In this document: positions 8,952-16,801 of the stretch, piece by piece
Layout of the letters: each line of letters begins with the position of its first letter
How positions within the stretch are numbered: the stretch's first letter is position 1
NCBI GenBank assembly: GCA_038147295.1
Contig: JAYQTH010000002.1
Location: forward strand, 458,243 to 522,242
Direction of reading: 5' to 3'
Source of the DNA: Gammaproteobacteria bacterium
GTDB lineage: Bacteria > Pseudomonadota > Gammaproteobacteria > Magnimaribacterales > TMED112
DNA length: 64,000 bases
Notes under the pieces: generated by a model
Told to the model about the DNA's origin: nothing
Database searches by the model: none
What the model saw: only the letters and a program-made list of their open reading frames with translations
Program-made: the position numbers and the translations under genes

Positions 8952-10242
8952 AGAGCTTAAAGACATTGCTGCACATTTTACCAAAGATCAATTTACTACC
9001 GATAAGGCAAAATTAGAAAAATATGGCTGCGATTGGTACAAAGGCATAACTCCAAATGCTGCAGCTATAATTTTCCCCGAAACCGAAAAGGATGTTTTAA
9101 AGTTATTTAAATTATGCAATCAGCATGGCATAAGACTTGTAATTTCCGGTGGTCGAACTGGTTTGAGTGGTGGTGCAACTGCAGCACATCAAGAAATTGT
9201 ATTGAGTACTGAGAGATTAAATAAAGTACATTGGGTTGATAATTCAAATCAAATTATATGCCAAGCTGGTGTTGTTACTGATACAGCAAAGGCTCTAGCA
9301 TCATCCAAAAATAGAATACTGCCAATAGAGTTTTCATCTACTTCAGCATCGACAATTGGCGGCAATATTGCTACCAATGCTGCTGGTGCAAAATTTATTA
9401 AATATGGAGCCACTAAAAAGCATGTGGTGGGTTTAAAAATTATTATGGTCGATGGGACCATACTTAATTTAACTAACCGCAATGAAAAAGATGCAACAGG
9501 CCCAGATCTTATGGAATTATTTTATGGATCAGAGGGCGTTATGGGTTTAATCTTTGAGGCAACACTTAGAACCTATGAATTGTCAGAATTTAGAGAGTCT
9601 ATTCTTGTAAAGACAAATGATCTTTCTGAGATTCATTCCGTGATTAATGAAGAAAGAATTTTAATTTCAGCAGTTGAATTTATGGATCACAACTGTTTGA
9701 AATTGCTAGAGAAAGAATCTGATTACCAATACGAAGTACTTATTGAGTTTGAGTCATCAAATCAAGATGTTGTGGACCAAGCTCTTGAAAGAATTGCTGC
9801 TAAAGATTTTGATGTAAGTTTATTAAACGCAAGACAGCTCAATGAATTTTGGGCTGCGAGAGAAAATTTGCCCGTCATATTAGCAGATGAAGGTGCTAAT
9901 AAATTGGATCTATGTGTGCCTATGAATAAGATTGATTTATTCCTCAAAAAAATTAGAGATTACGATACTAAAAACTCAATTTATAACTTTGGTCATTTAG
10001 GTGATGGAAATATTCATGTCAATATTTTATTGGATGAGTCTGGAGCACTTGCTGACCGAATTTATCTGCTTCTGCAAGATTTCGATGGGTCACCAAGTGC
10101 AGAGCATGGAATTGGCAAAAGAAAGACAAAACTATTAAAGAAATTTACAAACTACCGAGATAAGTTGAATTTACTAAAACAGCTTAAAAGCTCTGTTGAC
10201 CCAACCAATATTCTTGGACCAAAAGTTTTTTTTGAAGACTGA
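8944..10242 (+). CDS. FAD-linked oxidase, GlcD/D-lactate dehydrogenase family
   Basis: PCMH FAD-binding motif ISGGRTGLSGGA. GlcD-type C-terminus SAEHGIGKRK...VDPTNILGP. The tracked ORF starts at 8884, but the ATG at 8944 (ATGA-type overlap with the GtrA gene end) is the more likely start. Confidence 0.8.
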   Translation: MTKELKDIAAHFTKDQFTTDKAKLEKYGCDWYKGITPNAAAIIFPETEKDVLKLFKLCNQHGIRLVISGGRTGLSGGATAAHQEIVLSTERLNKVHWVDNSNQIICQAGVVTDTAKALASSKNRILPIEFSSTSASTIGGNIATNAAGAKFIKYGATKKHVVGLKIIMVDGTILNLTNRNEKDATGPDLMELFYGSEGVMGLIFEATLRTYELSEFRESILVKTNDLSEIHSVINEERILISAVEFMDHNCLKLLEKESDYQYEVLIEFESSNQDVVDQALERIAAKDFDVSLLNARQLNEFWAARENLPVILADEGANKLDLCVPMNKIDLFLKKIRDYDTKNSIYNFGHLGDGNIHVNILLDESGALADRIYLLLQDFDGSPSAEHGIGKRKTKLLKKFTNYRDKLNLLKQLKSSVDPTNILGPKVFFED

Positions 10243-10249
10243 AAGCCTT

Positions 10250-10260
10250 AAAAACGCCTA
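10250..10260 (+). repeat. 11-nt arm AAAAACGCCTA, left copy of an inverted repeat
   Basis: Exact reverse complement occurs at 11048-11058. This copy lies 7 nt after the oxidase stop codon. Confidence 0.3.
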
Positions 10261-10355
10261 AAAATAAACATATCAAGCATTTTTTGTGAACATAAATCTT
10301 ATTTATATCTACCAATTAGCTTATTTTTATGGGGTTTTCAAAGATTTAAAATAAT

Positions 10356-10383
10356 TTGTCAAAAGTAGGGTATTGGTTACTAT
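10356..10383 (+). promoter_or_regulatory. putative sigma70-type promoter (TTGTCA, about 16 nt spacer, TACTAT) for the small membrane protein genes
   Basis: Hexamers were read directly in the 168-nt intergenic region. A GGGGGAG purine tract lies just before the ATG at 10411. Confidence 0.3.
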
Positions 10384-10410
10384 ATTTTTGAACTATTTCA
10401 TGGGGGAGAT

Positions 10411-10638
10411 ATGGATAGTATTATGAAAGCAGTTAATGACTTTGTTAAAGGTCTTACTGGTGTTCTCGTAAGTGTTATTGGATTAGGCATTGTTGCTTCA
10501 ATCGTATTTGGTGGTAGCACTTATTTTGTAGGTGACGTAATCGCTACATTAATGGATTATGTTGCTATGTTAGGTGAGAATGGATTAGGTGGACTTATTG
10601 TTCTTCTAATCATTATGAGTGTTCTTGGCCTAAAATAA
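10411..10638 (+). CDS. small two-TM membrane protein, paralog 1 (no family recognised)
   Basis: 75-aa ORF with two hydrophobic helices flanking FGGSTYFVGDV...LGENGL. Followed by a strong intrinsic terminator. Confidence 0.55.
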   Translation: MDSIMKAVNDFVKGLTGVLVSVIGLGIVASIVFGGSTYFVGDVIATLMDYVAMLGENGLGGLIVLLIIMSVLGLK

Positions 10639-10647
10639 ATATACTAG

Positions 10648-10678
10648 CATGAGGGCTTCGGCCCTCATGTCTCTTTTT
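10648..10678 (+). terminator. rho-independent terminator
   Basis: 9-bp GC-rich stem CATGAGGGC / GCCCTCATG with a TTCG tetraloop, followed by TCTCTTTTT. Confidence 0.75.
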
Positions 10679-10682
10679 GAAT

Positions 10683-10916
10683 ATGAAGTTTTTAAATTTT
10701 GATTTTAGTAAAATCAAAAAATTCCTTGAAAGGCTTACCGAAGTCCTTCTCTTAGTCGTATCTGCATCATTGCTATTGGGGATAATATTTGGTCCCGACA
10801 CAGCTTTTGTGGGTGACGTCTACAATAATTTTTCAGCAATTTTAGCGTTAGTTGGTCAGGACGGCCTGATCGCACTAGTTTCGCTAATCATTATTTTTAC
10901 AATTCTTAAGAAGTAG
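10683..10916 (+). CDS. small two-TM membrane protein, paralog 2
   Basis: Shares LTxVL...IxFGxxTxFVGDV...LxGxxGL...LII with paralog 1. ATG at 10683; the tracked ORF begins at a TTG at 10677, inside the terminator T-tract. Confidence 0.55.
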   Translation: MKFLNFDFSKIKKFLERLTEVLLLVVSASLLLGIIFGPDTAFVGDVYNNFSAILALVGQDGLIALVSLIIIFTILKK

Positions 10917-10929
10917 ATAGTCCTAGATG

Positions 10930-11006
10930 TGGTGGCTATGGGTGGACTTGAACCACCGACCCCAGCATTATGAATGCTGTGCTCTAACCAGCTGAGCTAC
11001 ATAGCC
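10930..11006 (-). tRNA. tRNA-Met (CAU), elongator type
   Basis: Reverse complement reads GGCTATGTAGCTCAGCTGGTTAGAGCACAGCATTCATAATGCTGGGGTCGGTGGTTCAAGTCCACCCATAGCCACCA. It has a cloverleaf and an encoded CCA, and closely resembles E. coli metT. Confidence 0.92.
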
Positions 11007-11047
11007 TGAAAGATGATACTAACTGTAAAATATTCTGAGTCAATATC

Positions 11048-11058
11048 TAGGCGTTTTT
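11048..11058 (-). repeat. 11-nt arm TAGGCGTTTTT, right copy of the inverted repeat
   Basis: Exact reverse complement of 10250-10260. Lies 2 nt downstream of the ychF stop codon on the minus strand. Confidence 0.3.
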
Positions 11059-11060
11059 TG

Positions 11061-12149
11061 TTAGACATTGAATTTGAAGTGAATAATATCGCCATCTTTT
11101 ACAATATAATCTTTACCCTCAATCCTTAGTTTACCTTTTTCTTTTGCAGCATTTTCTCCACCACAATCGATATAGTCAGCATAAGAAATTATTTCTGCTT
11201 TAATAAAGCCCTTTTGAAAATCAGTATGTATTTTTCCAGCGGCTTCAGGAGCTGTTGACCCATTTCTAACTGCCCATGCTCTTACTTCTTTGGGGCCAGC
11301 AGTAAAGTATGAAAATAAATTTAGCATTTCATATCCTTTTCTTATGATTGTGTTCAAAGCAGGCTCATCTTGTCCTAGCAATGCGAGATATTCTTGTTTC
11401 TCTTCTTCCTCTAAATCTACAAGCTCACCTTCTGCTTTTGCATATACTCTAATTACACTGCTTTCCACTTTCTTTGCATGCTCTTCCAATTCATCAACAA
11501 AAATATTTTTTGCCTCGTCTTCATGCAGGTTAGCTATATATACAAATGGTTTTGCAGTCACAAGTTGAAGGGTTTTCATAAATTCTTGCTCTTCATTATT
11601 TATATCAACCAATTTTGCTGGCCTTGAATCACTTAAATTTTTGTAGACCTTTTCTAAAAATTTGCATTCAGCTTCAATGGACTTATCACCACTTCTAAGT
11701 TGCTTAGAGAGTCGCTCAAGTTTTCTTTCTACCATTTCTAGATCACTAAGAATCAGTTCGGTCTCAATTGTTTCCAGATCATCAATTGGCGATATTTTCC
11801 CCTCCACATGAATGATGTTGGGATCCTCAAAACAGCGAATAACATGAGCAAAGCATTGCGTTTCGCGGATATGTGATAAAAATTTGTTGCCGAGGCCTTC
11901 ACCAGAATGTGCACCTTTAACCAGTCCAGCAATATCAACAAATTCCATAAATGAAGGAATTGTTTTTTCAGGTTTATTTATCTCAGATAACTTATTTAAT
12001 CTTTCATCGGGAATATTCACTCTAGCAATATTTGGTTCTATCGTGCAGAAAGGAAAGTTCTCTGCGTCGATTTTTTGTGAAGTAAGTGCATTAAATAAGG
12101 TGGATTTACCTACATTTGGCAACCCAACTATTCCACATTTAATGCTCAT
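11061..12149 (-). CDS. ychF: ribosome-binding ATPase YchF
   Basis: GIVGLPNVGKSTLFNA P-loop and a TGS-like C-terminus. pth-ychF synteny. Confidence 0.95.
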   Translation of the reverse strand: MSIKCGIVGLPNVGKSTLFNALTSQKIDAENFPFCTIEPNIARVNIPDERLNKLSEINKPEKTIPSFMEFVDIAGLVKGAHSGEGLGNKFLSHIRETQCFAHVIRCFEDPNIIHVEGKISPIDDLETIETELILSDLEMVERKLERLSKQLRSGDKSIEAECKFLEKVYKNLSDSRPAKLVDINNEEQEFMKTLQLVTAKPFVYIANLHEDEAKNIFVDELEEHAKKVESSVIRVYAKAEGELVDLEEEEKQEYLALLGQDEPALNTIIRKGYEMLNLFSYFTAGPKEVRAWAVRNGSTAPEAAGKIHTDFQKGFIKAEIISYADYIDCGGENAAKEKGKLRIEGKDYIVKDGDIIHFKFNV

Positions 12150-12715
12150 TTTGAATGAAGTTTATTCATTGCTATCAACCAATCAAGACTCAATATATCG
12201 TCTAGAGCTAGCATGGCCTTATCAAAAGAATCTGCAATAAGTTTTTTTTCTTCTGGGGTTGGCCTCTTTATTACCCAAGTATTGGTATCAGCTTTAATTG
12301 CTGGGTGACCAATGCCAAAGCGCAACCTAATAAAATCTTTCCCAACGGTCTTGATGATATCTTTTAGTCCGTTATGGCCACCATCGCTACCACCGACTTT
12401 TAATTTAACTTCTGATGGTTGCAAGTCCATATCATCGTGGACAACCAATACTTTATCTAAGGAATTTACTTTATATTTTTTAATTAGGCCAAGCGTTTTC
12501 CCGCTAAGGTTTATAAACGCATTGGGTTTAACCAAAAGGATGCTTTTCCCCCCAAAATTAAATTCAGCTATTGAAGCATCTAGTTTCTTGCTTTTTGAGA
12601 ACTGTGCATTGAATCTTTGGGCGATTAATTCAACAAAATCATATCCGAGGTTATGTCTCGTTTTAAAATGCTTATCGCCAGGGTTGCCAAGACCAACTAT
12701 ACAGAGGTCTGCCAA
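12146..12715 (-). CDS. pth: peptidyl-tRNA hydrolase
   Basis: Contains (M)ADLCIVGLGNPGDKHFKTRHN. A TTG start at 12715, just after the rplY stop, is likely. The tracked 227-aa ORF has a 38-codon extension overlapping rplY, which I judge spurious. Confidence 0.9.
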   Translation of the reverse strand: MADLCIVGLGNPGDKHFKTRHNLGYDFVELIAQRFNAQFSKSKKLDASIAEFNFGGKSILLVKPNAFINLSGKTLGLIKKYKVNSLDKVLVVHDDMDLQPSEVKLKVGGSDGGHNGLKDIIKTVGKDFIRLRFGIGHPAIKADTNTWVIKRPTPEEKKLIADSFDKAMLALDDILSLDWLIAMNKLHSK

Positions 12716-12716
12716 A

Positions 12717-13409
12717 TTACTCGGATTTCTCCTCAGCAGAATCTGAACTATTTTCTTCAGAAGCTTCATTTTCCGTTGTTGAGCCATCTGATGAATCCTC
12801 AGCTTCTTCTTCAGAATCTTCATCTTCAAAGTCTAGAGCGCCGCCTCTTGCTGTCAGAACGGATACTAGTACTGGATCTTGGTTTTTAAGTGTGCTTGGA
12901 AAATCATAAGACTCATTCGCAGGTAAAGAGCTCAAACGAACTTTTTCCTTTGATTTAATATTCTCCATATCAACTTGAATAGATTCTGGAATATTATTGG
13001 GATCAGCAAGAACAGCTATTTCTTGTAAGACATGATTTATGACGCCACCCTCAATTTTTACTCCAAAACACTTTTCTTGGTTCATTAAGACCACCGGAAC
13101 AATAACGTTAACTTTGCTTCCTTTAGCTACTCGCTGCAAGTCTATATGGGTGAATATATTTCTTGATGGATGTTTCTGTATTTCTTTGATGACAACTGTT
13201 TCTTTGTCGGTGCCTATTTCAAGCTCAACCAGAGAATTGAAAACACTTTCGTTTGACACGATTTTTATTAATTCATTATTTTGTACCATTATGGGTTGTG
13301 GATCTTTGCCGCCACCATAAACAATACCTGGAACTTTCTTATCTGCAATCGCTTTCTTTGCAGACAGGCCGCCTACAGCATCCCTTTTATCAACTTTTAA
13401 ATTAATCAT
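12717..13409 (-). CDS. rplY: 50S ribosomal protein L25/Ctc with acidic C-terminal tail
   Basis: 230-aa Ctc-form L25 (..GIVYGG...). Canonical prs-ctc-pth order. Confidence 0.9.
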   Translation of the reverse strand: MINLKVDKRDAVGGLSAKKAIADKKVPGIVYGGGKDPQPIMVQNNELIKIVSNESVFNSLVELEIGTDKETVVIKEIQKHPSRNIFTHIDLQRVAKGSKVNVIVPVVLMNQEKCFGVKIEGGVINHVLQEIAVLADPNNIPESIQVDMENIKSKEKVRLSSLPANESYDFPSTLKNQDPVLVSVLTARGGALDFEDEDSEEEAEDSSDGSTTENEASEENSSDSAEEKSE

Positions 13410-13411
13410 TT

Positions 13412-14359
13412 CTACTTAAACAGTTCACTTATTGAATCGCCCGTTTTCAATCTATGAATTGCTTCTGAAAGAATAGGGGCAACATCAAAGACGTCTATTT
13501 TAGGACATTTTTTTGATTTGTCACCAATATCTATCGAGTTTGACACTATAAGCTTATCTATCGATGAATTATTTATATTTTCTATAGCATTTCCTGACAA
13601 AACAGGGTGTGTTATAAACGCTATTACTTCCTTGGCTCCCTTCTCTTTAAGTGCATGACTTGCATTACCAAGTGTTCCTGCGGTGTCTATCAAATCATCT
13701 GGCACAATACATACTTTGCCTTCTACGTCCCCAATAAGATTAAATACTTCTGAAACATTAGCTTTCTCTCTTCGCTTATCAATTATTGCCAAGTCTTTCA
13801 CGCCTAGTGTCTTTGCAACTGATCTTGCTCTAAGAACTCCGCCAGTATCTGGTGAAACTACTTGAAGTTCTTCCACATTATAAAAATCAGAAATCTTTTT
13901 ACTCATAATGTTTGAGGTATAGATATTGTCTACAGGAAAAGAAAAGAAGCCTTGAATTTGTTCTGAGTGTATATCAAGTGTTATAACTCTTGAGACCCCA
14001 ACACCTTCTAACATTTCAGCTATGACTCTTGCACTTATTGGAACACGAGCTGATCTAACTCTTCTGTCTTGTCTGGCATAACCAAAGTATGGCATGACAG
14101 CTGTTATGGACTTAGCAGATGCTCTTTTTAAGGCATCTGACATAAGTATTAGCTCCATTAAGTTTTTTTCAGCAGGCGAATTTGTTGACTGAATGATGAA
14201 TGCATCCTTGCCTCGAACATTTTCATTTATCTGAATGGAGATTTCGCCATCACTAAATGTTCCTAGGTCGATCTCACCAAGCTTTAGATCCAAGTTATCA
14301 GCAACACTTTTGGCCAGTTGAGGATTTGAGCTGCCACTAAAAATTAATTGCTTATCCAT
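13412..14359 (-). CDS. prs: ribose-phosphate pyrophosphokinase
   Basis: 315-aa ORF with GYARQDRR and DLIDTAGT motifs. Confidence 0.97.
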   Translation of the reverse strand: MDKQLIFSGSSNPQLAKSVADNLDLKLGEIDLGTFSDGEISIQINENVRGKDAFIIQSTNSPAEKNLMELILMSDALKRASAKSITAVMPYFGYARQDRRVRSARVPISARVIAEMLEGVGVSRVITLDIHSEQIQGFFSFPVDNIYTSNIMSKKISDFYNVEELQVVSPDTGGVLRARSVAKTLGVKDLAIIDKRREKANVSEVFNLIGDVEGKVCIVPDDLIDTAGTLGNASHALKEKGAKEVIAFITHPVLSGNAIENINNSSIDKLIVSNSIDIGDKSKKCPKIDVFDVAPILSEAIHRLKTGDSISELFK

Positions 14360-14368
14360 AATAAAAAT

Positions 14369-14443
14369 TGGCTGGGGTGGTAGGATTCGAACCTACGAAT
14401 GGCGCCACCAAAAGGCGCTGCCTTACCACTTGGCCACACCCCA
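14369..14443 (-). tRNA. tRNA-Gln (UUG)
   Basis: Reverse complement reads TGGGGTGTGGCCAAGTGGTAAGGCAGCGCCTTTTGGTGGCGCCATTCGTAGGTTCGAATCCTACCACCCCAGCCA, with anticodon loop TTTTGGT. Sits between ispE and prs, as in Pseudomonas. Confidence 0.92.
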
Positions 14444-15250
14444 ATCCTTTTTAAAGTCATAGTATTCTAATCCTTTAAGACAAAAAATTCTAAAATTATC
14501 TCTATTTTTGGGTTGTAAAATTTGTTTTTCCTCAAATGTTGGAGATTCTATGAATAATGATGAGCCAGAGCCACTGAGCTTTAGTCTATTTTGTAGATTG
14601 CTGGATTTATCTAAAAGTCTCACATAGAAGCGATTAAATTCATGATTTTCCATTAAAAGCGGTTCTAATAACGAATTTTTCTCACAATCTCTCAACTTAT
14701 CAATTTTTAGATGCTTTGATTGGAATATTTGCGATGTAGAAACATTTATCTTTGGACTTATGAGGAGAAATTCAATGTTTTTAGAAAAAGATTCCTTTAA
14801 TTTTTCTCCAAATCCAGCCACATAACAACTTTTACTATTGATAAAAAAAGGGACATCTGCACCAATTTCTTTACCCACTTCTTTGGCGTTCAGTTTTTTA
14901 GTTGATATCCCTGAAAGCATGCAAAGCAGAAGAATTGTATAGGCTGCATTTGAGCTTCCTCCACCAAGTCCACTAGCAAATGGAATATTTTTTTTTAGAT
15001 TAATTTGAAAATTGAAATTAGTAGAAAAAGTTTCATTAAAGTATTCAATTGATTTAATAATTAAATTTTGTTCTTGCAGCTCACTATATTCGCAAAAAAT
15101 AGCATTTGAATTAGAGGGAACGAAGCTTATTTCATCAAATAGATCTATTAACTGCATATGAGAGGATATATTGTGGTAACCATCCTCTCTAACAGAATCT
15201 ATATTTAAAAAGGTATTTATCTTTGCGGGGGTTTTTATATTAAACATCAT
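14423..15250 (-). CDS. ispE: 4-diphosphocytidyl-2-C-methyl-D-erythritol kinase
   Basis: PAKINTFLNI..R.DGYH and PFASGLGGGSSNAA GHMP kinase motifs. The last 6 codons and the stop codon lie inside tRNA-Gln. Confidence 0.9.
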   Translation of the reverse strand: MMFNIKTPAKINTFLNIDSVREDGYHNISSHMQLIDLFDEISFVPSNSNAIFCEYSELQEQNLIIKSIEYFNETFSTNFNFQINLKKNIPFASGLGGGSSNAAYTILLLCMLSGISTKKLNAKEVGKEIGADVPFFINSKSCYVAGFGEKLKESFSKNIEFLLISPKINVSTSQIFQSKHLKIDKLRDCEKNSLLEPLLMENHEFNRFYVRLLDKSSNLQNRLKLSGSGSSLFIESPTFEEKQILQPKNRDNFRIFCLKGLEYYDFKKDWGVAKW

Positions 15251-15647
15251 TTAACAAGATTAATATTTTTACATCATCCCTTATAAACTCTTTAAATATA
15301 GAACATTCAATCTTTTTATTGCACTCTTTGCTTGTTAAATAGAAAAGCTCTCTTGGCGTTATGCCAAGAAAATTTACAAGCCTTTTGTCGTAATTACTTT
15401 TATTCCAATTGCCACGATAGGAATTTAGTTCAGTAACAAGCTTTATACCTGTGGGGTCATAAAATTTTATATTGATATTATTTTTGGATATTTGTGTTAC
15501 AACATTAAAAAAGAAATTTGCTTCGTCTGAAGTAAAGGAAACTTTTCCTCTTAGATTGTAAGTGTCATTTGAAGAATATAAACTTGCACAACTTATTTGA
15601 AATAAGAGAATAAAGTATATAAATAATTTTTTAATATGAATTTTCAA
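15240..15647 (-). CDS. lolB: outer-membrane lipoprotein LolB-like (short)
   Basis: Lipobox LFQISC. Conserved position between hemA (divergent) and ispE. Likely TTG start at 15647; the tracked ATG is at 15665. Confidence 0.55.
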   Translation of the reverse strand: MKIHIKKLFIYFILLFQISCASLYSSNDTYNLRGKVSFTSDEANFFFNVVTQISKNNINIKFYDPTGIKLVTELNSYRGNWNKSNYDKRLVNFLGITPRELFYLTSKECNKKIECSIFKEFIRDDVKILILLNDV

Positions 15648-16799
15648 TGTTGGGGCCTCAGTCACAAATCCACCTCTTTAGAGGTTAGAGAAAAATTTGC
15701 CTTTAATAAAGAGGAGATTAATGAAATTTTGGCAAACATTAAAGATTCAATGCCTTTTGAATCTGGGGTATTTTTATCAACTTGCAATAGAACAGAGTTT
15801 TATACTTTTTGCAAAAGAGCCGAGGTAAAGAATTTTGAGACAGGCCTAAAAAAAGCGGCTCGTAGAAAAATTAATATTAGAAAAAATGATCAATACCTCT
15901 ATACAGACATAGATGCCTTTAAACATTTATTAAAAGTTATGACAGGGCTTGATTCCATGATTGTCGGGGAGCCCGATATTTTTGGCCAAGTCAAAAAAGC
16001 TTACCAGAACTCCAAGGAACACTCCTATCTGAATAAGCAAATGGAGAATTTGTTTATGAGTGCTATAAGGTTGTCTAAAAAAATTCGCACTTCAGCAAAG
16101 CTTTCTAGAAACCCAATCTCAATAGCTTCTGTGGTTGATAATGAGATTTGCAAGGATTGCTCAAGAGTTATGATCATTGGTGCCGGTGATATAGCACAAG
16201 CCTTGATTCCAAGGCTGATTAAAAAAAATCTTGGAATATCACTTTTTAACAGGTCTAGCGCAGAGATCAACAATATTAAGAGCAAGTCTCTGAAAAAAAT
16301 TGAGAACGAGATAACAGAAGTTGATGCGATAGTAATTGCTGCGCCATCTGAAACACCATTTTTTAGTGATGAGGCTTTGAAAAGAGTATCCAAAAGATTA
16401 CAGGTTTTTGATTTAGCCATTCCAAGGAATATAAATTTTAAGATGACAGGTACCAACATTAAGCTAATAAACTTAGATGAGTTAAGCGAAAAGATTTCAA
16501 CTAACTTGGATTCTAGAAAAGAGGCTGTTAATGAAGCTCTGGTTTTTATTAATGCCAATGCTGAAGCAGAGTATTCAAGAACCAAAGGTTTATCAAACTT
16601 AAAGTCTCAGCAGAAAAATATTAAAGAGAAGCTTAAGTTAATAAAAGAACAGGCCTTAGAAGATGCAAAAGATAAACTCAAATCTGGAAAAGATATTGAG
16701 GACGTGCTCGAAGACCTTGCTCATGAAATTAACTCAAAAGACCTTTTTCATATTTCAAAGGCACTTGAGCAAACTTTGCAGAAAGCTACCAAGAGTTAA
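15636..16799 (+). CDS. hemA: glutamyl-tRNA reductase
   Basis: GLSHKSTSLEVREKF and LSTCNRTEFY motifs. hemA-prfA-prmC synteny. Confidence 0.93.
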   Translation: MNFQCWGLSHKSTSLEVREKFAFNKEEINEILANIKDSMPFESGVFLSTCNRTEFYTFCKRAEVKNFETGLKKAARRKINIRKNDQYLYTDIDAFKHLLKVMTGLDSMIVGEPDIFGQVKKAYQNSKEHSYLNKQMENLFMSAIRLSKKIRTSAKLSRNPISIASVVDNEICKDCSRVMIIGAGDIAQALIPRLIKKNLGISLFNRSSAEINNIKSKSLKKIENEITEVDAIVIAAPSETPFFSDEALKRVSKRLQVFDLAIPRNINFKMTGTNIKLINLDELSEKISTNLDSRKEAVNEALVFINANAEAEYSRTKGLSNLKSQQKNIKEKLKLIKEQALEDAKDKLKSGKDIEDVLEDLAHEINSKDLFHISKALEQTLQKATKS

Positions 16800-16801
16800 A
16801 C

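Noticed and set aside
8568-10242. The overlap-coupled GtrA-like and FAD oxidase pair, which resembles the mycobacterial Rv3789/DprE1 arrangement (polyprenyl-sugar epimerisation).
   Set aside because: The oxidase C-terminus (SAEHGIGKRK...DPTNILGP) is GlcD/D-lactate dehydrogenase type, not DprE1 type. No DprE2-like reductase or glycosyltransferase is adjacent.
10411-10916. The two small hydrophobic proteins as a two-peptide bacteriocin or a holin/antiholin pair.
   Set aside because: There is no double-glycine leader, and no transporter, immunity, endolysin or phage genes nearby. The N-termini are not leader-like. They are kept as unknown membrane proteins instead.
12716-12829. A 38-codon N-terminal extension of the tracked pth ORF that overlaps the rplY 3' end.
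   Set aside because: The conserved Pth N-terminus (xxLIVGLGNPG) begins right after a TTG at 12715, immediately downstream of the rplY stop. The extension is Lys-rich filler read in an alternative frame of rplY.
16025-16585. A 186-aa ORF antisense to hemA. Similar long antisense ORFs occur at 12312..12746, 11884..12240, 32006..32344, 32692..33006 and 11290..11568.
   Set aside because: They are Leu/Ser/Ile/Phe-rich with low complexity, which is the expected mirror image of Lys/Glu/Asn-rich sense codons. They have no recognisable motifs, SD sequence or independent support, and each lies fully inside a well-supported gene.
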